Shown here piece by piece: positions 49,172 to 57,764 of a stretch of 64,000 nt of DNA. The first letter of the stretch is position 1. Each line of letters opens with the position of its first letter. The stretch lies in the NCBI GenBank assembly GCA_963742075.1, contig CAVUKR010000003.1:4248-68247 (forward strand), in the 5' to 3' direction. A program made the translations under genes and the position numbers. The notes under the pieces were generated by a model, which was given only the letters and a program-made list of their open reading frames with translations, was not told where the DNA came from and did not search any database. The DNA is from an uncultured Chloroflexia bacterium. Its GTDB lineage: Bacteria; Chloroflexota; Limnocylindria; Limnocylindrales; CSP1-4.

Positions 49172-50213
49172 TGTCGTCCTCAGGGACGTTGTTGACAAGT
49201 GAGAGCCTCCAGGCACGGTACGGGGTGTTGAAGCTCCAAACCGTGAGGAGGCTCTCGTGGCGCATCGTACGGCGCGTCTCAACCCATTCGGTCGCCAGCT
49301 GCTGATCGACCGTGTGCTCGACCAGGGCTGGACGGTGGCCACGGCCGCCGAAGCCCAGGGCATCAGCCGGGCGACGGGCCACAAGTGGGTCCGGCGGTAT
49401 CGGCTCGAAGGACCGGCCGGCCTGCTCGACCGGAGTTCCCGACCGCGGCGCTCGCCGTACGCCACGCCGGCGCACGAGGTCCAGCGCATCGTCGAGGCAC
49501 GGCTGACCTGGCGCTGGGGTCCCGATCGTCTCGGACCGCTGCTGGGCTTGCCGCCGTCGACCGTTGGGGCCGTCCTGCGCCGGACTGGGCTCCCACGCCT
49601 GGCTGACATCGATCGGCCGACCGGCCTGCCCGTCCGGCGCTACGAGGTCTGCCACCCAGGCGCGCTCGTCCACCAGGACCACAAGAAGCTCGGACGGATC
49701 CCTGACGGTGGCGGGCATCGCTCACTCGGGCGCTCGACCGAGACGCGGCGTCTCAAGCTCGAGTTCAGGCCGAAGCGTGGGTACGACCACCTCGAGGTCA
49801 TCGTCGATGACCGGACTCGCCGCGCCGTCGTGGTGCCGGTCCCCGACGAGAGTGGCGCGAGTGCCGCCTCGGCGCTGACCGAAGCCCTGGCCGTATTCGC
49901 GGCCGACGGGATCGTGGTCGAGCGGGTCCTAACCGACAACGGCCTGGCCTATCGCTCGAACGCCTATCGGGCGGTCCTCGGCGATCGCCGCCACAGCCGA
50001 ACCCGGCCCTATCGGCCCCAGACCAACGGCAAGGCCGAGCGATTCATCGGCACGCTTCTCCGGGAGTGGGCATACGCCCGCCCGTATCGCTCCAACACCG
50101 AACGCCTCCAGGCGCTCCCGTCCTTCGTCGACTTCTACAATCAGCGCCGCCCGCACACCGCGCTCGGTGGCCTCTCACCCTCGGCCGTTGTCAACAACGT
50201 CCGAGGTGACCAC
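49172..50213 (+). mobile_element. IS481-family insertion sequence (1042 bp) with 6-bp target-site duplication CCTAGG
   Basis: Terminal inverted repeats TGTCGTCCTCAGGGACGTTGTTGACAA (left) and TTGTCAACAACGTCCGAGGTGACCACA (right), about 25/30 matched over the 30 nt aligned. Flanking direct repeats CCTAGG at 49166-49171 and 50214-50219. Confidence 0.85.
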
Positions 50214-50219
50214 ACCTAG
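49257..50219 (+). CDS. IS481-family transposase (HTH + DDE/rve)
   Basis: 320-aa ORF, GTG after GAGGAGG. HKWVRRYRLEGPAGLLDRSSRP, VHQDHKKLG, VLTDNGLAYRS, RPYRPQTNGKAERF. The stop TAG lies in the right target duplication. Confidence 0.9.
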   Translation: MAHRTARLNPFGRQLLIDRVLDQGWTVATAAEAQGISRATGHKWVRRYRLEGPAGLLDRSSRPRRSPYATPAHEVQRIVEARLTWRWGPDRLGPLLGLPPSTVGAVLRRTGLPRLADIDRPTGLPVRRYEVCHPGALVHQDHKKLGRIPDGGGHRSLGRSTETRRLKLEFRPKRGYDHLEVIVDDRTRRAVVVPVPDESGASAASALTEALAVFAADGIVVERVLTDNGLAYRSNAYRAVLGDRRHSRTRPYRPQTNGKAERFIGTLLREWAYARPYRSNTERLQALPSFVDFYNQRRPHTALGGLSPSAVVNNVRGDHT

Positions 50220-50304
50220 GCCCGCACGCCCCGGACTAGGCTGTCCTGCCATGGACTGCTTTCATCGAGGAGTGATCCGACCGTCGGGACGCGTCGGCGC
50301 TCGG

Positions 50305-50976
50305 TCAGTGGGAGGAACCAGACCGCGGACGCGTGGCCGCGAAGATCGCGATCGAGCCGACGATCTCGAGTTCCACATCTGCGAATGATGCCGCCAGGAT
50401 CTCGCGGAGCCCTGCCTCGGTGTCGCTGAGGTTGTCGAAGGCGCCCCGCCGGTTGAAGGCGGCGAGCACGCGGCGTGACAGCCACGTCTGGGGTCCGGCA
50501 ATCCCGAGGACCGAGGCCCCGAACAGCACGCCGTCGGGCGCAAGGACGGCGGCGACGTTCGCGACGGCGGCGGCCTTGCGCGACATCGGTCCGGGCAGGC
50601 AGTGGATCACGAGGTTGAGCGCCGCCGAGTCGAAAGGCCCAGCCGCCGGGAGCAGTTTGAGGACATCGGCCTCGACGGCCGTGACGTCCAGACGGCGCAG
50701 GTGCCGCGCGGCGTGATCGAGAACGGTCGGGTTCGGGTCGAGGACCGTCACCGGGCTGCCATCGGGCAGGCCGGAGTGTTCGATGAAGTAGCCGGTGCCG
50801 GGGCCGACATCGAGGTGCCGGTCCCGAATGTGTTGCCGGTATCCCTCGACCAGCCGCGACGTCGGACATCGCCACACCGCCTTGGCGACGATGCCGAGGA
50901 CGATGGGGTCGTACAGCCTGAGCAGAGACCGGGTGTAGTCGCTCTGGCCCCGGTAGGCTGGATCGTCGCGATCCAT
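50305..50976 (-). CDS. class I SAM-dependent methyltransferase
   Basis: Internal ATG of ORF 50305-51045. Motif I LDVGPGTGYF. Confidence 0.75.
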   Translation of the reverse strand: MDRDDPAYRGQSDYTRSLLRLYDPIVLGIVAKAVWRCPTSRLVEGYRQHIRDRHLDVGPGTGYFIEHSGLPDGSPVTVLDPNPTVLDHAARHLRRLDVTAVEADVLKLLPAAGPFDSAALNLVIHCLPGPMSRKAAAVANVAAVLAPDGVLFGASVLGIAGPQTWLSRRVLAAFNRRGAFDNLSDTEAGLREILAASFADVELEIVGSIAIFAATRPRSGSSH

Positions 50977-50980
50977 CCGA

Positions 50981-51391
50981 TCAGGGCAGACGCGTCGGAG
51001 CGGCCGGTGGCGCCTTCGGCTGGATGACGGACAGGGCGTTCCCACTCGGATCGAGGAACCAGGCCGCCAAGGCGTAGCCCATGTCGGCGATGCCCTCGGC
51101 GTCGGTCACGGGATCGGGCGCCTCGTACGCCTCGATCCGCACCCCGCGAGCGCGAAGGTCCGCGAGCTCGGCGTGGATATCGGGCACTCGCCAGGCCAGC
51201 TGGGTCTGCGTGTCCGAGGTGCCCGTCGTGCTGAGGGTGACCGCGACCTGCGAGCCCACGCCGCAGCGGAAGATGATCCGCTCGTCGTCCTCGCGCAGGA
51301 TCTCGAGACCGAGCGTGTCATGGTAGAACGCCCGGGTCGCCGCCAGGTCCATCGACAGCAGGATGGGGAACACCAGGTGGTCCGCGAGCAT
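50981..51391 (-). CDS. VOC (glyoxalase/bleomycin-resistance/dioxygenase) family protein
   Basis: GGAGGG lies upstream of the internal ATG (MLADHLVFPILLSMDLAATRAFYHDTLGLEI...) of ORF 50981-52162. Confidence 0.75.
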   Translation of the reverse strand: MLADHLVFPILLSMDLAATRAFYHDTLGLEILREDDERIIFRCGVGSQVAVTLSTTGTSDTQTQLAWRVPDIHAELADLRARGVRIEAYEAPDPVTDAEGIADMGYALAAWFLDPSGNALSVIQPKAPPAAPTRLP

Positions 51392-51454
51392 GGCGCCCTC
51401 CGTTCGTTCGGTCGGCCGGTTTCGGCGCAATCGTACGTGCCGTAGATTCCGGCG

Positions 51455-52192
51455 ATGCATGACGACGGCTACTTCGATGAACCGGTCGCCGCGAGGTACG
51501 ACGAATTGTCCCCGGATATCTTCGAGGCGGCGGCGGTCGACCCCGTCGTCGACTTCCTCGCGGAACTCGCCGGGAGCGGGCGTGCGCTCGAGCTCGGGAT
51601 CGGGACAGGACGGATCGCCCTCCCGCTCGCGGCGCGGGGCGTGTCGGTACACGGGATCGAGCTCTCGGAGGCCATGGTCGCGAGGCTCCGCGCAAAGCAG
51701 GGCGGCGAGGACATCGGCGTGACGATCGGCGATTTCGCGACGACGACCGTGGACGAGTCCTTCGCGGTCGCCTACGTCGTCTTCAACACGATCGAGAACC
51801 TGACGACGCAGGCCGCCCAGGTCACGTGCTTTCGCAACGTCGCGGCCCATCTCGAGCCCCGCGGCTGCTTCGTCATCGAGGTGGGCGTCCCCGACCTCCA
51901 GCGGCTCCCGCCCGGCGAGACGATCCGGCCCTTCGACATGAGCGAGCGCCACTGGGGGATCGACGAGTACGACATAGCGACCCAAGGGCTCATCTCGCAC
52001 CACCTCTCGTTCGAGGACGGACGCGTCGAGCGTGTCGCGATGCCGTTCCGCTACGTCTGGCCCGCCGAGCTCGACCTGATGGCACAGCTCGCTGGCATGC
52101 GGCTGCGCGAGCGCTGGAGCGGATGGCGACGGGAGCCGTTCACGAGCGAGAGCCGTAAGCACGTCTCGGTCTGGGAGAAGCCACGGGGCTGA
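51455..52192 (+). CDS. class I SAM-dependent methyltransferase
   Basis: 245-aa ORF. Motif I ALELGIGTGRIALPLA. Confidence 0.8.
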   Translation: MHDDGYFDEPVAARYDELSPDIFEAAAVDPVVDFLAELAGSGRALELGIGTGRIALPLAARGVSVHGIELSEAMVARLRAKQGGEDIGVTIGDFATTTVDESFAVAYVVFNTIENLTTQAAQVTCFRNVAAHLEPRGCFVIEVGVPDLQRLPPGETIRPFDMSERHWGIDEYDIATQGLISHHLSFEDGRVERVAMPFRYVWPAELDLMAQLAGMRLRERWSGWRREPFTSESRKHVSVWEKPRG

Positions 52193-52210
52193 CGGACATG
52201 AGGCCCGTCA

Positions 52211-52867
52211 CTACCGCTTGTATGTCCCGGTCAGCACGGCCGTCGCGAGGACATGCCCCTTGATCGCCGCGTCCAGGGCCGACCGGCTGGGCGTCCCTGA
52301 CAGCCCGAGCCGGGCGTCGAGCGCGTACAGCGTGAAGACGTAGTGGTGCCGTCCCGATGGCGGGCACGGACCGGTGTAGCCGCGCTCGCCCCGGCTGTTC
52401 CTGCCCTGCGGCGGCGCACCCGAACCGGTCCCGACGTCGGCCGCAACGGAGCCCGCGGTCGCTCCGGGGATGTCGAAGACGAGCCAGTGGACGAAGTCGC
52501 TTGCGTCGGGGTCGATGACGCTGAGGGCGAGCGTCCGGGTCCCATCCGGCGCGCCGGACCAGGCCACTTCGGGTGAGATGCCGGCGCCGTCGCAGGTGAA
52601 CTTCGAGGGGATGGCGGCGCCGTCGGCGAAGGACGGGCTCGAGACCGCGAAGGCGGCGGGCGGCGACGACGACGAGGGGACCGCCGACACCGGAGGCGAG
52701 GTCGCCGACGTGGCTGCGGCGCTCGGGGTCGGGAGGGGAGTCGCCGGCGGGGCCGTGGCAGGGACCGAGGGCGTCGCGCCTGCACTCGTCGACGCAGGAC
52801 CGGGCGACCCGCACGCCGCGAGGACGAGGGCCACACCGGCCAGCCAGACCCATGCCGTTCGACGCAT
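52211..52867 (-). CDS. YbhB/YbcL (PEBP / Raf-kinase-inhibitor-like) lipoprotein
   Basis: Internal ATG gives MRRTAWVWLAGVALVLAACGS. DPDA..FVHWLVFDIP, GYTGPCPPSGRHHYVFTLYALD. Confidence 0.8.
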   Translation of the reverse strand: MRRTAWVWLAGVALVLAACGSPGPASTSAGATPSVPATAPPATPLPTPSAAATSATSPPVSAVPSSSSPPAAFAVSSPSFADGAAIPSKFTCDGAGISPEVAWSGAPDGTRTLALSVIDPDASDFVHWLVFDIPGATAGSVAADVGTGSGAPPQGRNSRGERGYTGPCPPSGRHHYVFTLYALDARLGLSGTPSRSALDAAIKGHVLATAVLTGTYKR

Positions 52868-53000
52868 GGCGCGATTATCGACCAAGTCGTCGCTGCGCCT
52901 CCGGGGCGGGCTCGACCGACCGTGGCGAGATGCGCGACACTACGCGGAACGACCAACGCGTCCCCGCCCGATGCGGAGCGCCCTCGGAGGACCTGCGAAC

Positions 53001-54425
53001 GTGGCCAAGGTGACGATGCCCCAGCTCGGCGAGAGCGTCGCCGAGGGGACGATCGGGAAATGGCTCAAGCAGCCGGGCGACCATGTCGCCAAGTACGAGC
53101 CGCTCGTCGAGGTCGTCACCGACAAGGTGAACGCAGAGGTGCCCTCGCCGTTCGAGGGGATCCTGCGCGAGATCCTGGTCGAGGAGGGCGCGACGGTCCC
53201 GAACAACGCCGAGATCGCCGTGATCGAGACCGCCGACGAAGGCGCCGGCGAAGTCGCGTCCGCGACCGCCCCGACCGCGCCGGTCGTGACGTCCGAGGTC
53301 CCGGCGGCGCCTCGTGCCGAGGCCGCCGCTCCGGCGCCCGCTGTGGCCGCCGGTCCGGCCGGGAGCGACGAGCGCGGACCGGCCGAGATGGCCGCCGCGG
53401 CCTCGGCCTCCCCGGTCGCGACCGCCACTGCCGCGGCCCCGCCCGCCGTCGCGGACCCCGATGCCCGCATGACCCCGGCCGTCCGGCGGCTCCTGCGCGA
53501 GCACGACCTCTCGCCGGCCCAGATCCCGGGCACCGGCGGCGGCGGCCGGATCACCCGCGAGGATGTGCTGAAGGTGGTCGAGGCGATCCGGACCGGCACG
53601 GCGGCCCCGGCCCCGACAGTCACCGCGTTCCAGGGCGCCCCGTCACCCGCCCCGGCGGCCCCGCGCCAGCCGGCTCAGACGCTTCCGTCCGGCACGCCGA
53701 TCGAGTTCCCCGACGGCGCCGACGAGGTCCTGCTGCCGATGACGCAGATGCGCAAGGGGATCGCGGCGCAGATGACCCGGGCGCTCCTCGTGCCGCACGC
53801 ATACGTCCACATGGAGGTCGACGCGACCGCGCTGGTGCGCGCCCGCGAGACGGCCAAGTGGGACTACCAGGCGCGCGAGGGGATCTCGCTCAGCTACGTC
53901 CCGTTCGTCATCAAGGCCGTCGTCGACGCCCTTCGCCACTACCCGGCCTTCAACGCGCACTGGACCGACGCCGGCCTCCTCGTCAAGCGGCACATCCACA
54001 TGGGTGTCGCGGTGGCGGTCGACGACGGGCTCATCGTGCCGGTCGTCCGCGACGTCGACCAGCTCTCGATCAGCGGGCTCAACCGCGCGATCTCGGACGT
54101 GGCGGGGCGTGCCAGGGCCGGCAAGCTCAGGCTCGAGGACTACGGCGGCAGCACCTTCACCATCGACAACACCGGCTGGTTCGGCTCGAACCTGACGATG
54201 CCGATCATCAACGTCCCTGAGGTCGCGATCCTGACCATGGAGGCGATCACCAAGCGTGCGGTCGTCCGCGAGACTCCGGAGGGCGACGTCATCGCCATCC
54301 GGCCGATCATGAACATGGTCCTCGCCATCGACCACCGCGCCAACGACGGCGCCCAGGCGGCGGCGTTCCTTCGGGCGATCAAGGCCTGGCTCGAGGCCAT
54401 CGGGCCGGAGACGCCCGTCTACTGA
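53001..54425 (+). CDS. 2-oxoacid dehydrogenase E2 (dihydrolipoamide acyltransferase)
   Basis: GTG 9 nt after GGAGGA, within ORF 52470-54425. Lipoyl domain MPQLGESVAEGTIGKWLK...VVTDKVNAEV, E3-binding domain PAVRRLLREHDL, catalytic DHRANDGA. Confidence 0.9.
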   Translation: MAKVTMPQLGESVAEGTIGKWLKQPGDHVAKYEPLVEVVTDKVNAEVPSPFEGILREILVEEGATVPNNAEIAVIETADEGAGEVASATAPTAPVVTSEVPAAPRAEAAAPAPAVAAGPAGSDERGPAEMAAAASASPVATATAAAPPAVADPDARMTPAVRRLLREHDLSPAQIPGTGGGGRITREDVLKVVEAIRTGTAAPAPTVTAFQGAPSPAPAAPRQPAQTLPSGTPIEFPDGADEVLLPMTQMRKGIAAQMTRALLVPHAYVHMEVDATALVRARETAKWDYQAREGISLSYVPFVIKAVVDALRHYPAFNAHWTDAGLLVKRHIHMGVAVAVDDGLIVPVVRDVDQLSISGLNRAISDVAGRARAGKLRLEDYGGSTFTIDNTGWFGSNLTMPIINVPEVAILTMEAITKRAVVRETPEGDVIAIRPIMNMVLAIDHRANDGAQAAAFLRAIKAWLEAIGPETPVY

Positions 54426-54443
54426 CGGCCGGGCCGTTCGCCG

Positions 54444-55421
54444 ATGAGTGCCCCCATCGTCGTCACCGGCGCCGCCGGATTCATCGGATCGAGGGTGGCG
54501 CGGCGCCTGTACGAGCGCGGGGACGAGGTCGTCGCCATCGTTCGCGACCCGGCGAGGGCGAGCACGTTGCGCGACCTCGGGGTGCGGCTCGTGTCGGGCG
54601 ACCTCGGTTCGGAGCCGGAGATCCGCTCCGTGGTGGCCGGCGCGGGGGCGGTCATCCACGCTGCGGGGAGCTATCAGGTCGGGGTCCCGGCCTCGGAACG
54701 ACCGGCGATGTACGAGGCGAACGTCGCGGCCACCGAACGCGTCCTCGACGCGGCCATCGCGGAGGGAATTGCGCGGATCGTCTACCTCTCGACGGTCAAT
54801 GTCTTCGGCGACACGGGCGGCGAGGTCCGGGACGAAGCGTTCCATCGTGACCCGGCCGACGGCTTCGTCAGCTACTACGACGAGACGAAGTACCTGGCCC
54901 ACCGCGCGGCCGAGGAGCGGATCGCGGCCGGCGCACCGATCGTGGTGGTCCTGCCGGGGACGACGTACGGAGCCGGCGATCACTCGGCGGTCGGTGCCCA
55001 GCTCAAGGCCGCCTTCGACGGCACGGCACGGTACCTCGCGCAGACCGATCTCGGGATCTCGCCGACGTACGTCGACGACCTCGCCGCGGGCATCGTGGCG
55101 GCGCTCGACCGCGGCCGGCTCGGCCAGGCCTACGTCATGTGCGGCACGAACATGCTCCTGGGCGAGGCGGTGGCGATCGCCGCAGAGGCCGGCGGGCGAC
55201 GCCTCCCGCGGCTGACGATCCCGAGCCGGCTGCTCCGCCTGACGGCGCGCCTCGCCCCCGGCGGCGGGGCTCTGGTCGGCGCGCGGCCGAACCTGCGCGA
55301 GATCGTCCGCGCGTCGGATGGCGTGACGTACTGGGCCAGCCACGCGAAGGCGACGGCCGAGCTCGGCTACGCTCCGCGCGAGCTTGCTATCGGAGCACGT
55401 GACGCGTTCGGGCGCGGGTAG
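54444..55421 (+). CDS. NAD-dependent epimerase/dehydratase (extended SDR)
   Basis: 325-aa ORF. VTGAAGFIGSRV Rossmann motif and YDETK catalytic motif. Confidence 0.8.
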   Translation: MSAPIVVTGAAGFIGSRVARRLYERGDEVVAIVRDPARASTLRDLGVRLVSGDLGSEPEIRSVVAGAGAVIHAAGSYQVGVPASERPAMYEANVAATERVLDAAIAEGIARIVYLSTVNVFGDTGGEVRDEAFHRDPADGFVSYYDETKYLAHRAAEERIAAGAPIVVVLPGTTYGAGDHSAVGAQLKAAFDGTARYLAQTDLGISPTYVDDLAAGIVAALDRGRLGQAYVMCGTNMLLGEAVAIAAEAGGRRLPRLTIPSRLLRLTARLAPGGGALVGARPNLREIVRASDGVTYWASHAKATAELGYAPRELAIGARDAFGRG

Positions 55422-55455
55422 GGCCTTCGGCGGGCCTGCGTCGTACACTCCCGCC

Positions 55456-56508
55456 ATGGCGCGCGATCTCCCGATGTTCACCCCGGCCGAGCGCGGTCAC
55501 GCCCGCCCGGTCGAGCTGCCATCGATCGCCCTGGGCGGTGGTCGGGCCGGCGAACCCGCCGCCGATGGCTCCACGGCCCTTCGTCGCCACCCGGACTGGA
55601 TCCGCTCGCGGATGCCGTCGGGCGAGAACTACCACGAGCTGAAGGGCCTGCTGCGCGGCCTGTCGCTCAACACGGTCTGTGAGGAGGCCCACTGCCCGAA
55701 CATCGGGGAGTGCTGGGACCAGCGGACCGCCACGATCATGATCCTGGGCGACACGTGCACCCGGGCCTGCGGCTTCTGCGCGGTCAAGACCGGCCGGCCG
55801 ACCTTGTTCGATGACGACGAGCCGCGCCGGGTGGCCGAGGCCGTCGGCGCGCTCGGTCTCGAGCACGTTGTCGTGACCAGCGTCGCCCGTGACGACCTGC
55901 CGGACGGTGGGGCGCGGATCTTCGCCGAGACGATCACGCGATGCGGGCAGTCTTCGCCCGGGATGGGCATCGAGGTCCTGATCCCGGACTTCGATGGGTC
56001 GGACGACCGGCTGCGGACCGTCATGGACGCCAGGCCCGACATCCTGAACCACAACCTCGAGACCGTCCGCCGGCTCCAGAAGCCGGTCCGCAAGCGCGCC
56101 CGCTGGGATCGGAGCCTGTACGTCCTGGCGCGAGCCAAGGAGATGGCGACCGAGATCGGCTACCCGGTCCACACCAAGAGCTCGCTGATGGTCGGTCTCG
56201 GCGAGACGCGCGACGAACTCCACGAGGCGTTCGAGGCGCTCCGCGCTGTCGACGTCGACATCCTGACGGTGGGCCAGTACCTCCGGCCATCGCTCGCGCA
56301 CCTGCCGCTCGAGCGCTACTACCACCCCGACGAGTTCGCCGAGATGAAGACCGAGGCGCTTGCGCTCGGGTTCAAGCACGTCGAGTCGGCGCCGCTCGTC
56401 CGATCGAGCTATCACGCCCGCGACCAGGTCCCGGGCGCCGAGCTCAAGCGCCTCCGCCGGCAGGCCACGCTCGACGCCGAAGGCCGGGTCGTCCCGCTGG
56501 CGGGATAG
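55456..56508 (+). CDS. lipA: lipoyl synthase
   Basis: Internal ATG of ORF 55384-56508. CEEAHCPNIGEC auxiliary cluster, radical-SAM CTRACGFC, SSLMVGLGET. Confidence 0.9.
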   Translation: MARDLPMFTPAERGHARPVELPSIALGGGRAGEPAADGSTALRRHPDWIRSRMPSGENYHELKGLLRGLSLNTVCEEAHCPNIGECWDQRTATIMILGDTCTRACGFCAVKTGRPTLFDDDEPRRVAEAVGALGLEHVVVTSVARDDLPDGGARIFAETITRCGQSSPGMGIEVLIPDFDGSDDRLRTVMDARPDILNHNLETVRRLQKPVRKRARWDRSLYVLARAKEMATEIGYPVHTKSSLMVGLGETRDELHEAFEALRAVDVDILTVGQYLRPSLAHLPLERYYHPDEFAEMKTEALALGFKHVESAPLVRSSYHARDQVPGAELKRLRRQATLDAEGRVVPLAG

Positions 56509-56534
56509 GCCCGCACCCGCGAGACCTTCACCCG

Positions 56535-57764
56535 ATGAGCGTCGACTTCGACCCGGTCCGGCTGGGACCGCGTCGTCGGCGGATCGATCCGGTGCTGGTC
56601 GGCGTGGTCGTGGTCGCGATCGCCCTCGTCGCGGCCGTGCTCAAGCCATGGGAGGCCGGACCCGCGCCGGGGCGGCCCGACGCCTCCGCGGCGGCACCGG
56701 CCGCCGCCGCTGCCGGGACCACGGCCGCGTCGGCCGGCATCCCGGCGGGACCGTCCGGGACGGTCGTCCCGAGCGGGCTGTCGCCGACCTGGGACGACAT
56801 CCGGCCGTACGCCACCGCGCGTGACGCGTGGGGCGTGGACGCGATCCTGGCCGGGCCATCCGCGAGCACGGGCGCGGCCGGACCGGATACCTATCTCGAG
56901 CAGTGGTCCGCGTTGACCCGCACCGCCGCCGCCACCTACGCGGTCGACATCCCGGGGGAGGACGAGGCAGTCGTGGCCCTCGGCGTGACGTTCCCGTTCG
57001 ACGAGGTTCCGCAGGACGCGCGGATCTGGCGGGTCCATACGGGCGAGCAGCTCGAATGGATGGACGCGCGGCCGGTCGACGGCAGCATGGCCGCCGGCTC
57101 GCTCGTGTTCGAGCGGCCCGGCGGCGGACCGGCATCCTTGGCCTGGCCACCGGGCGAATACCGGATCGACGTCCTGGTGGACGACTTCATCGGCAGGATC
57201 GAGGTCAACATCCCTGGGCGGCTCGGCCCGGTCCCGGCACCGGATGCCTGGCCGGCATCCGCGGCCGACCTCGTCGCCGCGAAGACCGTCGATCCGTCAG
57301 TCACCGGGCAGGGCCCCTTCGCAGTGGTCGACGGGGTGAGCGTCGGACTGACGGCTCGACTCGGCCCGCTCCTCGATGAGCCGGCCGAGTGGCACGCGTC
57401 GATCGCGTCGGACGGACGGAGAGTCGGCCCGGTCGCGGTCGCGCACCTGCCGCGGGCGACGGGGCTGGGCGTGATGTTCACCGAGCACGCGGTGGTCGGC
57501 TCGGTGACGATCGAACGCCTCGCGCCGGACGATCGGGTCGGCAGCGCGCCCCCATTCGGCGGCGTCTCGTCGCTGCATGGCCGGACGCCGTACCTCGTGT
57601 TCACCCCGTACGGTGGCGGCGCGTGGTCGCCCGGCGTCTACGCGATCACCGCGAGCTGGACCGACCCTGCCGGGGCGCACGCGGGGACATGGCACATCGA
57701 GCTGCGACCCGGTGGGCTCGCGGCGGGCCCGGCTGTCGGATCGGGTGCCGGCAGCGGCGGATGA
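56535..57764 (+). CDS. uncharacterised single-pass membrane protein, paralog A (409 aa)
   Basis: Internal ATG of ORF 55941-57764. MSVDFDPVRLGPRRRRIDPVLVGVVVVAIALVAAVL, then ARIWRVHTGEQLEW, GEYRIDVLV, HLPRATGLGVM, PGVYAITASWTD..GTWHIELR. Confidence 0.7.
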   Translation: MSVDFDPVRLGPRRRRIDPVLVGVVVVAIALVAAVLKPWEAGPAPGRPDASAAAPAAAAAGTTAASAGIPAGPSGTVVPSGLSPTWDDIRPYATARDAWGVDAILAGPSASTGAAGPDTYLEQWSALTRTAAATYAVDIPGEDEAVVALGVTFPFDEVPQDARIWRVHTGEQLEWMDARPVDGSMAAGSLVFERPGGGPASLAWPPGEYRIDVLVDDFIGRIEVNIPGRLGPVPAPDAWPASAADLVAAKTVDPSVTGQGPFAVVDGVSVGLTARLGPLLDEPAEWHASIASDGRRVGPVAVAHLPRATGLGVMFTEHAVVGSVTIERLAPDDRVGSAPPFGGVSSLHGRTPYLVFTPYGGGAWSPGVYAITASWTDPAGAHAGTWHIELRPGGLAAGPAVGSGAGSGG

